Both the position numbers and the translations under genes were made by a program. DNA of 62,210 bases, the filler included, from Choristocarpus tenellus KU-1152 (Eukaryota; Protista; Phaeophyceae): the NCBI GenBank assembly GCA_964200185.2. It is 8 parts of 8 records of this genome, joined end to end, with 100 filler letters (N's around TTAATTAATTAA, not from the genome) between each part and the next. Parts side by side here need not be neighbours in the genome. Positions count along the whole stretch, not along the records: positions 32,407 to 37,958 come from CAXNAD020010449.1; positions 38,059 to 41,059 come from CAXNAD020023025.1; positions 41,160 to 54,287 come from CAXNAD020001577.1; 5 more parts are not named here. One strand, 5' to 3'. Under the pieces are notes generated by a model, which had not been told where the DNA came from, searched no databases, and saw only the letters and a list, made by a program, of their open reading frames with translations. Within the stretch, counting starts at the first letter, position 1. Every line of letters begins with the position of its first letter. Positions 36,101-48,721 of the stretch are shown in pieces.

Positions 36101-37052
36101 CCATCTGTAAATCCTAAGGAGTTGCACTCACACAAATACACGGACCTTACCCTATTCAACAAGTAGACAACAACATCGCGCGTATGTAGAGGTTCCAAGG
36201 CATGGAACCAATCCTAAGCGGCGTCTTAAAGACAATGAATTCATCACAGATCATGGTAGGATGCTTACAAACACAATAATGGTAGTTTCTCCTATGTCAC
36301 ATTGGAAACCACCATAATAGGCATAACTTTATTGATATTGATAGGTAATATGTATAGTATAGATTATTGATAGATAATACATACCCGTGAAGTATTGATA
36401 AATCAAATATAGTATATAGATACAGAAAATACAAAAGGTATTGACCTAGATTGATGATACCAATAGATATCAAGTACAAAAATGTTTACATTTCCGTTCA
36501 GAGAGACAAAGAGAACATCATCTACAGACAAAATATATATTTGCACGCAGTCCACACTTGTCATCATACACCAGTCACCTCATACCAAGCTTGGAAGGCA
36601 TTATTTTTCTAGTTGGCACAACGACAGTCGAATCAAAAGAAGTTAGGAAAGGGTGGCATCGTGGTAAATAATACCTTGTCAACAATAATACCATAAAAAC
36701 GAAAGAAAACAAAAAAGGGGGGGAACAAGAAGTAGATGATCCGCTTTTGATTGATGTAAATCAAACCTTCAATTCCTCAGTTACCACCGGAAATTTCATT
36801 ATGGTTAAAAAGACGTTGCATCCCAGCAAAGAAGAAATGCGATTGGATGCAAGGAGTAGTTCTAGAGGAAGAACAAAGAGAGCCCACTACAACATTTTCC
36901 ACCCTCAAGAAATCTAAGTTTTTCAACGCGATGGATTAGGTCAAAGGGAGAACTCATCTGCTCATCTACTTTTCATTTCACACAGAAAATAAATGTCTGC
37001 ATATATATATATCCATGTCAGGAAGAACACCTCTGAAGGTATCTTTTTAGAT

Positions 37053-37201
37053 CGGTGAAAGTATCTGGGGGGGTGTCGGCGTCCACTTTTCACCCTTTTC
37101 TCGATTTTCACTTTTTTGGTGTGATTCGGTCGCACGTTTTGGATTTGAAATGTCAGCAAAAAAGAGTTGTTTGACCGAAATGGACGCCCCCTCAAAAACC
37201 C

Positions 37202-37241
<40 letters not shown>

Positions 37242-37371
37242 ACCGCCCNNNNNNNNNNTTTTGGGCCCTTTTTTTTTTTTAAAAAACAAAAAAAAAAAGG
37301 TTTTTGTCCACAAAAGGCCCCCCCCCCCAAACCCCCCCCCCCCCCCCCCCCCCCCACCGATACTTTGACCG
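37053..37371. mobile_element. MITE with cggt(g/c)aaagtatc TIRs and 4-bp TSD AGAT (contains poly-C tracts and a 10-N gap)
   Basis: cggtgaaagtatctggggg ... cccaccgatactttgaccg. AGAT occurs at 37049-37052 and 37372-37375. Confidence 0.75.
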
Positions 37372-37449
37372 AGATTTTGTATGGACATCTTCCACCTTGT
37401 TGGGCAGCAACTATGTGCTTTCAATAGCCACAAGTTCCATCACTGAAGT

Positions 37450-37720
37450 AAGCTTGCCTGAAGTTTCCTCATGCCCACTCCAACATTGCCTTCCCAACGA
37501 ATCAATCTTCAGTCTTCGCCATCACCCCCCCCTTCTCTAGTCTTCTAACCATTTCTCACTTGCTTCAATACCACAGCCATGCTCCCCTGTCTATGCACCT
37601 TCGCCCACCTCTTTTCATGGAATGTCTTTGGGATTAGCCTTGGCCTCATATGGAGTACGCATGGATGGGATTGATGATAAAGATGGTCCCACCGGTGGGA
37701 GAGATGAACCCATTGGGGAC
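37450..37720 (-). repeat. Second copy of the diverged repeat at 32860-33125
   Basis: Manual alignment of the reverse complement to 32860-33125. Confidence 0.7.
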
Positions 37721-38058
37721 GATGATGATACCGTTGGAAATGAAAATAATCCTGGCATGGACAAAGATGCATCTACTCTGGAGGAGTAATGTGATGTTCA
37801 TCGCCCCCAAATGACTTGTTCATGTCCCTTCCTCGTTTCCGAGACTTAGGTCACGGTTTCTTCTTCAAAGAAAATATAAAATCGACTCCCTTATGGGAGC
37901 ACATGAAGCGGCAGGCCTGGCCATTGGCAGTGACGAGCACATGTGGCCCAAAGTATCGNNNNNNNNNNNNNNNNNNNNNNNNNNNNNNNNNNNNNNNNNN
38001 NNTTAATTAATTAANNNNNNNNNNNNNNNNNNNNNNNNNNNNNNNNNNNNNNNNNNNN

Positions 38059-38123
38059 AGAGTGAAAATCGAAAAAAGGTGAAAAACGGACGCCAACAAC
38101 CCCCCCCCCAGATACTTTGACCC
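38059..38123. mobile_element. Terminal fragment of AAAGTATC-TIR MITE at contig start (another 14-bp terminus at 37945-37958)
   Basis: gtgaaaatcgaaaaaaggtgaaaaacggacgccaacaacccccccccccagatactttgaccc matches 1-77 and the reverse complement of 37053-37112. Confidence 0.8.
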
Positions 38124-39619
38124 GTTGAAGATCCAACCACGTTTGTTCTTGAAACCTGAGCGAAGGGGAATCGTGTGAGGCTCATAACCTGTTGTGAAAC
38201 CTGATTTTGTATGAGTTGTGTATTGTTGTGATATATCTGGTTTGTGACGAAGGAGATCATAGCGCAACAAAGCGCTGATAAATTAGTTCTGGTAAGTCTG
38301 ATGACATGTAGTATTCAGTCAGACAGTGTTCGATGTGAAAATATGTTTGGTTGTGCTGTGATCAACATGGTTAGAGGCAAGTGTGTGTCATAGTGCAACA
38401 AGACACCTGCGGGTTCAGTTTGATGTGTCTGAAGGGATGTCTTACTCAATCAGACTTTGATTGAAGTGAGATGGGTACTGGTATGTCTGTGGCATATTTT
38501 TCTCAAGCAGACGGTGATAGACAGAAACTGTGTGGTCATTATTTGAGACATCCAAATGAAGAAATTCATCCTCTGTGAAGAGGGTTGTCACCTTGGCAGA
38601 GAAGAGTTTCGAAGGATGGTTTTAATTCTGTTTATATTACATCCCAGCGTGTTTCTTATACGTGTTGCAGGGTGATGGATGGCTTACGATGATGGGACAA
38701 TGTCAGACACGTAAAAATAATAACCAACACATCCTATGCAACTGATAAATTGCGCCATGCAGATGAACAAGTAAAAACAAAGAAGAAACAAGAAGACAAG
38801 CTTGAATCCATATTAAACATAACTAATGTCCTCATAGTATGTGTGTATAATGGACAGCGACAATTCATATGCTTTCTATCCACTGTGCCGTACTTACAGT
38901 GGTTGGGTAAAGTATGATGATGAACTAATGATGGGAATGGGAATAGCGACCAGTGCAATGGACGAATCAGCATTCAGTGTGAACTGACGATACTGTATCG
39001 TATCAAAACAAATCGAATGAGTAGCCTATGTTTTAACATTTTTGTGGTAATGCTTTCAATGCATCTTCTCTCAGCGTCAGTGTCGCGGCCCCGTGATCCA
39101 TTTCGCGATTTGATTATGCTGATGCGCCACACTACTCGCACTTTCTCATCACCTAACATCGTACTGGGTGTCACACAGTACTTGCTTCTCCGTTGCCTCT
39201 CGACAGAGAAGGTGCCGAGGGTAGATCCAGAGGGCAGAGTGGCCTTGGCGACTCTCCTTGTCTCACCTTCGTGGTTCATGTTGCTGTGTATGTCACGGGT
39301 ATGTGTGCTCACAGAAAGTCTGCAAAAGGCGAAAAAAATATTTCTGGAAATCTTGGGGTTTGCTAGGTATCACCACACCATCCAAACTTGAGCAGATACC
39401 TACCCCGAACCAGTTTTTCGCAATGAGTTTAGCCAACCACTTCATTTTTGTCCGTTTTGAAGTCGTGACTTTCAAAATTGCGCTGGAGGAGATGTTCCCC
39501 CGCGTTTTGCCATTATTTGATCGGGACATAGCTCCCGTTCCCCAAAGCCTGGATATTCATGGATACAAACCTTCAAAAGCTCTTGTGATACCGTTTCATT
39601 TTATGTATATATCGTTGTA

Positions 39620-40998
39620 TAACTGTTGTGGTGATATGGTGGGAAAACACGATTGCCACAGAGGACGAAGCTACTGGGACCAACCACTTTAGGCATTCTC
39701 CTTCTAGCCTTCAATGTGAAGAAATCTAAATTCTTTCCATGGGTTGATGAAAAAATAAGAGGAGGCCTACCTGCTGATAGACTCAACTTCAAAGAATTTT
39801 CCCCTCGCCAATGAAAATCTCCACCAGATTGATGTCCAGCTTGAACCATTGACAAGAGACTGAACTTTCACTCTGGAACCAGCAACACATTGCACAGAAC
39901 AAAATAATAAACCTTCTCACTCTGTATAGAACGTAGTGGTAAGTTTCCAACTATGGTAGCACGAATTTCTGCCCTGTACCAGCAGTCACGGACTTTCCAC
40001 TAACAGGTCGTTGGTCTATCAAGGCAATGGGGTTGTTGGTCATATGTGCGGAACACCCAGTATCAAAATATCACACATTATCCCACTGTTCAATGTTCTC
40101 ATCCTTCACCATCAAGAAACCTCCAAGCATCTCCGGCGGTCTATTATTTCCACCAATCACCTTCCCTCGACCACGCCTCTTCCTCTGTGTAATCACTGCA
40201 CCACTGTCTACAACTTGTTTGGCTGCCGCCATAGCCACTGCACGTCTTGGACAATTTCTAGCTTTGTGTCCCAATTCACTACAAATGTAGCTTGTTAAAG
40301 GTGGGGAAGAAACAGATGGACAAACAGACATGTAATGCGCTCCACTGCACTTGAAATATCTTACACCATGTTGTGCACCCAATAATGTAGAACGCAATCC
40401 ATGATTGAAAGTCGAGCTTCCACTAGGCATCAGCGCTCCATTGTGGTTCCCAAGACCACCGTTCACCAACCTCTTGTTCATCCTGTAAGTTTCGCAAACC
40501 CTCTTCTGAAGTTGCAACGTAGCCGTTCGACTTACATCGGAAATCTGACGTATCTCGACCATATACTCTGCAGCAACACAGTTGTGAATGACTGTCAGCT
40601 GCTCTTCCTCGTCTGGCTCAATACCAATACTCCACAACTCCTTCACCAGCTTTTCCATCTCTTGAATAATATCAGCAGGATCCGTCCGAACTGGTAGACA
40701 CAATTCATGTAAGCTTGGTCCTCAAAATCGCTCATTCGGTGCTACCATTTCTTTCAAAACGGTCTCTCAGTGCTGGAAAAGCTTCAGATGCGCTGTCATG
40801 ATTATCAACAATGTCGAGTGCAAGTCCACCTACACTCACAACCAGCCCAGCCAACGCCATGCTGGCTTCTTGTACTTCCCGGCATGTCCATCTTGACGTG
40901 TTGCTTCCTTCAAGGCCCACCCCGATGTGGTCTTGAGATAATAGTGCATTCATCCAACCACCCATGGAAGCACAAGTTAACAAGCGCTTCTTGTACAT
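39620..40998 (-). mobile_element. Ty1/Copia LTR retrotransposon remnant (gag, zinc knuckles, protease, start of GAG-pre-integrase), pseudogenised
   Basis: Gag-like SASEAFPALRDRFE and IIQEMEKLVKELWSIGIEPDEEEQL; knuckles FKCSGAHYMSVC and ICSELGHKARNC; protease motif FDTGCSAHM near 40045-40075; VLLVPE*KFSLLSM. Stops and frameshifts are present. No LTRs, RT or integrase core were recognised. Confidence 0.8.
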
Positions 40999-41059
40999 GG
41001 CTCAAAGTATCTGGGGGGAGGGGGGGGGGGGATACACCAAGGTGTCCATTCGGGCCCTG
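40999..41059. mobile_element. Terminal fragment of the 7421/18109-type MITE abutting the Copia gag
   Basis: ggctcaaagtatctgggggg...tacaccaaggtgtccattcgggccctg is the reverse complement of 7540-7599. Confidence 0.8.
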
Positions 41060-42306
41060 NNNNNNNNNNNNNNNNNNNNNNNNNNNNNNNNNNNNNNNNN
41101 NNNTTAATTAATTAANNNNNNNNNNNNNNNNNNNNNNNNNNNNNNNNNNNNNNNNNNNNCACTCACAACCCTCACACACCCCGCCAAAGGCCTTTCTCCC
41201 CCCCCCCCCCCCCCCCCCCTCCTTCCCCCAAACAGACTCCATTCCAAACCCCTTGTTGTCTTCATCCCTCACTCAATGAAAACTTTTTTGTGTGTCCGCC
41301 AACGCACTTCTTGGCCTAGAGCTGTACGACAAGTTGGGGGGGTGGGTGGGGTATACGCGCAACACACGCATGGAGAGGCGTATACATCGAGCATCCACAC
41401 AACTCAAACCATCCGTATCTTCAATGCACATCTTGCACACAAAATGCATGCAGCAGTTCTTCACATTTCCCCCACGTATCCAATTAGACGGACTGGCTCC
41501 CTCCACCCGCCCAATAGCAAACATTGCCTCATCGCGACGTTTTTGTTCCATTTGTTCTTTCCTCCTTTCTCATTGGTCCATCTTTTTTCTCCTCTTCACA
41601 TGACCCAGAAGACGTAAACAAGAAAGCCTCCGTTGGCTATGAAAGCCACAGCACAAAACACTATCACAATTGCATTTCTGCTGATGCCAGAAGAATCTCT
41701 TGGCTGGGCATCTTCACCACCTTCGTCTTCCAAGGTCTCTTCTTCCTGTGTACGCCACACACACACAGGACAAAATTAGGAGTAAGAAGTTAGGGACTTT
41801 TCTAACGGAAATATCCACGACTGAGAGAGTTGGTTGCATGCAGCATAAAATGGGGGTGCGGTGTTCAAATAGTTGACGGACATGAACAAAACCGTATTAC
41901 CTCAAAACATGCACCAAATTGTCCCAAATATGTATGGGAATAAACCTATGTCTTATATATTCCTTCAGCCACTCCTCCCTCCCTCATTTCCCACCAAAGT
42001 GATAAAATTAACTGGGATTACACTTGGTCTTTTTTTTCTTCATAAATCTACGCTTTTGAAGTGGGCTACCGACTACAACCCAGTCCGTAGACAATTCTGA
42101 TGACCCTAGTCCGGACATGCCACAACATACTTGAAACTGTATGACCCTGTGGGCTGGACAGGTGCAAATGCTTGGTGGAACTGGTCACAACATCTTACAA
42201 AATACTGGAAGCAGTCTAGCCTGCGGACTGGACTCTTTGCATACATACATACAACTGACCTGATGAAAAGCCCAATTAAAGGCCCGAGCATCTTTGTGGC
42301 ATACCA

Positions 42307-42346
<40 letters not shown>

Positions 42347-45300
42347 ATCTAGATCAAATATGCTTGTCCTATCTTGAGAAACACCTTAACAACCACACTC
42401 TTGTCTGTCCAGCAAATCTGGAGGTTTACTTCAAAGGTGGGAGGGGCAAATAAGCTGTTTTACATTTCTTTTTTTGCCATTTTGGTCACTCCTGCAAAAC
42501 CCATACCCCTTTTCGTCTATACCTTCCACCCAAAGAAGGTACAGATTCTTTGGCACCAACAAAAAAAGACACGTAAATACATCCTCAATACCTTTTCCAA
42601 GATGAAGGTACACCTTATCCACGACAAAGGACTCTCGAGTCCCCCACAACAACCACAACTGTACACATCAAGGGCTGTCCACGCCTCTCCCACAACCAGA
42701 TTGCACCGGCTATATTTTGAGGGCAATGAAGTAAATCTGGCATTACCTTTTGAGAATACACCTCTACGCTACATTGTATAGTCAACTTACACCACAGCAG
42801 AGGCATAAGGCCGGTTTGTTCCGTGAGGGTACCTCTCAAAACTTACCACAGTCCCGAAATAATCTAACCATGCCATGTAAGAGTCATTAGAGTTAGGGTT
42901 AAGTCATTCATCGCGGCGGAAAGGAACATTCTGCAGGGTTAGGGTTAGGGTTATCACAGAGCAAAACATGCGCTGATAACTACACGTTGGTCAAATCCTC
43001 TAGTCATACAACGACGCCACAGGGTCTGGGGCTCCTTTGGTTTGTTCGATGGGCCTTGACCTTTATTGTCTCTTGAATTTCCTTACACTAAAAGAGAGTA
43101 GGATCAACACATTGGGAATCATTTTTTCTTCTGAATGCATAATGCACAAAGTCAAAACGTTTGCGTGCATGCATGCATCTAAACATCTGCACTCGGGGGG
43201 GTATGTACCTGTTGAGAAAATACATAAAAAAAAGTTCTGTCCATGTGCGTAACTGTCGTATTCCAGAATGGTCTCATCGTCCAACAGCACCTTCAAAAGA
43301 CACCTTTTTTGGAAGAGTCAAAACAGACTACTCACTCCGTTTTAGGTATTCCTGACTGTTTAAAATTTGCGGGCCCAGGTGCACCCAAGCATCCCTCTGC
43401 AGAGGGCGAGAGGGACTACAGAGTGACCCCACGTCTCAACTTTCACAACATGTGACAGGGGTTGCTGACACCAAGAGACTGGCAGACCCCCCAAAATGGC
43501 ACCACCACGCACCCCTCTTCACACATCACCACCACACCAAACACAAAGGAGAACAACGAGAGATGAACAACCAACCCGCACATCGAGATGAACATCCATG
43601 GATTGCCCACTCGAGGAGTTATCTTGCATTCAAAAGTCATCGAGATGAACATGTAGGTTAGCAGAGACTATGCAGAAGACGGAACTTTGACACACAGAAA
43701 AGCATACGCCCTCAACTTACACCTCCTCTCACCTCTGCAAGCCCCCCACCAACTTCCCCCGATGAGGATCCATTCACCACCCCGTCAGACGCCCTGACAA
43801 CCACAGGACCCCCTTCCAGGCCACCACCAACTCCCACCTCTTTCAGTCCATCCATGGGGTCATCCTCCGTCCCCACCACCGAATCCTTCTCCATGCCAAC
43901 AACCTTGTCAATCCAGTTCGCTGACTTGAGTTTACCCCACACCCTGATGGTGGGGTCATCTCTTTGGTAATGTTCCGCCCCCATGCTCTTTACAATTTCA
44001 TCCTGTACAGGTGGGTCACCTGAGGGAACCTCCTGCTGCTCATGGGACCCATCCAAGTCCGAGGGTCTCGCACCGATCCCATCTCCTGCCACCTGGGACT
44101 CAGGCTCAGCTCTTGTCTGCGACCCACCATCTGTCTCTCCTGCCTCCTGACGTATTTCAGCACAGAGTGGAGGACATGAAGAGAGAACAGAAGTGCAGAA
44201 GGAAGAAAGACTTTCATGACCTCGTTATACAATGGGTATAACCTTGAACTTGAAACTACATCAGAGCGAGAGATGCAATAGACAGTCGGTTTTGAGGGAG
44301 AGACAAGGAAATCACACTCCTTTTGAGGGTAAGGGTTGGGTCCTTAGTCAGGAGGAGTATTCCACAAGAAGCTGTCTTTCACTTGCACTCATCTGTTTCA
44401 CATACAATAGCATCCTCCTCTCCCCTTTCTCCAGATAGAGGAAGATGCATAAAACACTCATCGTTTGAAGCCAATAAAATTACAGCAAATATCCCAGTAC
44501 ACCCCTATGGTTCAAGAAATATCCCAGTATATTCCTAAGTGATGGTTTAAGGCTGTGCCAGTTTGCAAGACTTTTTACCAATTCCTCGTAACAAGGTTCA
44601 CGAAGAAGGATCATCCCTCATAGAAGGCAGAGTAGGAGAGCAATGCAATGTTCAATGGGCTGACAGCATTGTAGATCATAGTGACCTCTGATTCTGACAC
44701 TAACCATATGCTATACTAGAGAAGAGCTACTTTACACGCCCATGAGCAACAATCTTTCTGTACCAAAAATGTGAGTGTGGGGATGGGGCTATGTAGGTGG
44801 ATGGGAAGGTGACAATGCCGAGAACTTGTAGTAGTTAGATGGAAGAGCACTGGGGCCATTTCAGCAAATAAGAAAAAGTGAGGAGAAAAGTCGGCCATTC
44901 TCCCCTACACACCGTTACCATTCGACGTCGCTCCTTGATCACATTGTCGCCAATCCATCCACTTTGCAGGTGGTTAGGGGAAGAAGACGAGTCGGCGCCA
45001 TACGAGCGGCCACGGATTCGAGAGGTTGATCGTCCAGACCGAACCTGCTGGGGGAAGTTCGAACGGAGGGTGGGCCTGAAAGCCAGTTCATTGGAAAGGC
45101 AAGGCTTGCCAAGTGTCAGCCCTACCACCTGGCATCTGTGAGGGACTCGCGAAGCCTACGACTGGGAACAAGACTAAACTCAAGTCCCACCAGAGTACAT
45201 GTTGACAGATCTTCATTGAGGGGTGTATTTCCTGCTCTTTATCCTACGTGGTCCCAAACGCATGAGATATTCATCCGATCGTCCCTACTTGATTTTTCCT

Positions 45301-45988
45301 CTCAGTACCCATGCAAGAAAACGAAAAGGGACTCCATACTTGAGGCCCCAACAAAAGGTTGACACCATATTTGACATTTCATCATATTAGGCGCAGGGTA
45401 TCAACAAAAAACCAAGGCTGGATGCCTAAACTTGGCAAGGCTTAGCCTATCGCAGGGGTCGAATCTTGGTTGGAAATGAAACTACCAACCCCAATACCAG
45501 GAGGCATCACTTGCCCTATGTTGACACAAGAGATCGAAAAGATTTCCCATCTTTCACAGTACTTGATCGACGCTTATGGTGAAACAATCAACTTTAGTCC
45601 TCTCCTCACCTCGAAAGTTTGTCCAGCTGCGACGAGTGCTGATCCCACCGTGACAAGCCGAAAACCGATCCTCATGTCGATATGGCGATGATGGGAGCAC
45701 CGCAAGCCTAACCCCTAGCTGTAGCAACGATCAAGATATAATTATGTCCAGCTATCTGTCTCCCCTATCTTCACCCACTTCGGGGGAAGGGTACGGCATG
45801 CGATATGGGATAAGGTATGCTTGACATCAGTGAGTTGCTTTAAAATCGTAAAATCAGCAATGAATTGTGGTATATATCTGATATCGCGCGAATCCGAAAG
45901 CTAACTTCGCGCGGAGTCAACATGAACTACAACAATAGTGTGTGGTTTTCATTTGTTTCCCCCTGACACATCTGGAAAATATTAGAGA

Positions 45989-46020
<32 letters not shown>

Positions 46021-47564
46021 TGTAGTTAAATAGCAATACGTCGTTGTTGCTTTCAAGGGGATCAAAAAAAAAAGGTGAGTGTATATGATATATTTCTTGA
46101 ACAGAAATGATAAATTGATATTTTAAATTCGTTCCATGAAGGCGTGAATGTTTAGGGTGGTGGTGAACAACTTCCTACTACTGACGTACAAACTACGACA
46201 CAACAATAGTACGTTGCAAATACTTCGACCATGCTGCGCGTAGCGAAACATCGCTGTCTCATTCCAACCGTAACGCACGGACCACCACATGTTACTGGGC
46301 ATTAAAGTCGGTGCTGAGACTACCTCCATGCAATTTGTGTCACTGTGGACACAGATAACGACGATGAGATGATCAGCAGTCTGTGCCGTTCAACTGCTTG
46401 CCAAATGTGATTATGCCTTACGTCTTGATCTAAGTTATTTTTGTAACTAATCGCTGACCGCTTTTCTATTATTGTTCGTGGAAAGGTGGATAGGATGGTC
46501 ACCGGCTTTTTTGGAGGAGGCCTGGAGAGGTGGTCTGCCAGTGACTCTAGACACCATCACATCATTTTGTCTTGAAGCCAAAACCGAACTTCTCCTGAAA
46601 GTGCCGGCTGATGTATATTATTGGGGGAAAGTGGGTGAGATTTTTTTTTCAGGAACTGAGTGTGAGCGTCTGACTAGGAGAGGAAGAGAGAGATTGTGAC
46701 ATCAACTTGGGGGAAACGTTGGAAGACATTGAGGTGAATGCTGGTGAACTCCCAACCAACAACAGGATCACTAGGACTCAGGGATGACTGCAACTAGAGG
46801 AGCTCGAGCATATATAGAGGAAGCTTCAGTGCAGGACCTCAAGGATGAGCTAGCTAGTGGAGCTAGTGTTTGAAGCACAGCAGATCAGACTGGTGAGTAT
46901 TTGGGTTGAATTGTCCGGAGACAGAGATTGATACAGGATGGTGATGGTGATCATGGTAATGACCATGGAGGAGCGTGTCTCGCTCCACATCCCTTTGTAG
47001 AATTGGCATTTTTTTTTCTCGAAGGCAAAATATAGTCTATTGGATAAGTCTGCACATTACTGCACAATGCAAAATTGTAGTTTAGTTGTTGAGTGTCTTG
47101 TGATGAGACCTTAGATGCAGACAGTTCTATGAATCATGGGTGCTGTAACGTGTGGTTCTGTTCTCTGCACTAATAACATGGACACAATGTCGTGATGGAG
47201 TGAATAATGAAGCCACAAGCATGTGGGTTTTTAAACTGCTGAAATTGTGATGTGTAAGGCTGACTTGTATAATGAATAGTGGATTGCATTTTTCTTCAGG
47301 AGTCCGTCTTATAAGGGGGGGTCTGGAGAAAACTGAAATGACGCTGAGATGCCAGAATGCCTTGGGGCATGTGCACAAAATTTTTGGTCTTACATATAGC
47401 AATGGTGAAGGTGACGAACTCTCAGGAGAAATGAAACGTTTACTATACTGTAAGATGATCCAACCAAAAGTAAACTGTTGAAAACGACTGGACAATTTTT
47501 GCTCGAGATTTTTTCTTTTCCAGAGTCCAGTTAAAAATAAATAAATATAAATGACGGGCATTTA

Positions 47565-48721
47565 CAACCATTTTTTGAACACAGCTCACTTTAAGGCTTG
47601 TCAGGACCCAAGAAAACAGCAAAACTCACCTTTTCCTTTAAGTGGACTTTCACCATTATTGTACACATAAATCAATGAATAGAGTGTATTGCACAGGGTG
47701 AGAAAGATGACTTGGATTGTAGAAGGGCCCAAACCTGTCCAACTCTTTACTATTTTGGCTCATACACGCCTAACAATAGTTAGCAAAACGTTAACACTCT
47801 CTTTAACATTGCGTCATGTAAGTGTAACAGCATCTGAAGGCATGTAAATCTTGGCAAAATCTTCCTATGAACGTGAGAGAAAAGTTCGTAAAGTCATCTC
47901 AGTACTTCAAACAACTCTAGTTCTACTACTTCATTATTCCGCAATAAATGTCAACAAAGTAGATGGTCCCCTTTAGGGCGACCTTGTGGGAACTCCATTT
48001 TGGGTCACCTTATTGAGATTTGCCAAGTACATTGGGGAGGTGCACCTGTTTGTTACTACCTGACAATAGACCACAAAAAGGGATACAGGACATTGGGATC
48101 GTGAGAGTGAAGATTCGTTTTGGATGTCACCCATCGGATCCAAGATTCGATTCAAGCTTCTCCTAAGATTTGATGATCAAGAGAGCTTTGGGTTTGCTGG
48201 AAGCACCCCACCATGGTACAACTGGTGATTCTGAACACCCTCCACGACTGATTGGACCCTGCCTCATGACAATAATAATAATAATAATAATAATAGTGCT
48301 ATGATGTTGGAGAAAATTTGGAGGCGTCTTTGGAATAACTTTGAACATTTGGAGAATCCATCAGATTCAAGGGGGCAGATGGAGAAGCGAATGGTGGGAT
48401 TGGTGAGTCAAATATATAAGAGAAGGTCAAGGGATGCATGGGTCAGTGCTTGTACTTGTAGGGCAACAGGATTTAGTTGACAGGGTAGAAATAATAGAGC
48501 TGTGTGCTCTACTGTCTGTCGTGTGAGGACAGGTCAAGACCAGGTGAGGTTGACAGGCAGTGGAGAAGTAAAAGTGAGTGAATCTAAAATGTATAAATAA
48601 CAATAATAATAATTGACTGACTGGCCTTAATGGTGAAAGTTCATTTGAAGGAAAAGGAGAGTTTTGCCAGTTTTTGAGTCCTGACAAGCCTTAAAGTGGA
48701 CTGTGTTCAAAAAATGACTTG
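47565..48721. mobile_element. 1.16-kb non-autonomous DNA transposon with ~95-bp TIRs and TA TSD (Tc1/mariner/pogo-type)
   Basis: TA|caaccattttttgaacacagctcactttaaggcttgtcaggac...ctttcaccatta pairs with taatggtgaaag...gtcctgacaagccttaaagtggactgtgttcaaaaaatgacttg|TA. No transposase ORF inside. Confidence 0.85.

Noticed and set aside
36962-37540. Poly-Pro/poly-Gly ORFs
   Set aside because: Translations of poly-C tracts and an N gap inside a MITE.
38124-39600. ORFs of 78-144 aa next to the Copia remnant
   Set aside because: No recognisable domain or consistent splice structure; likely decayed TE sequence.
43400-45720. Possible Gypsy-type remnant on the minus strand (SLALM*FQ, HYQRDDPTI)
   Set aside because: Only vague resemblance to RNase H/integrase linker sequence; no RT or integrase motif is readable.
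45885-45914. GC-rich hairpin cgcgcgaa...ttcgcgcg as a Helitron 3' end
   Set aside because: No CTRR terminus at the expected distance.
46300-47330. Possible pogo/Tigger transposase remnant (GLPVTLDTI, acidic tail)
   Set aside because: Too decayed; no DDE motif or paired TIRs identified.
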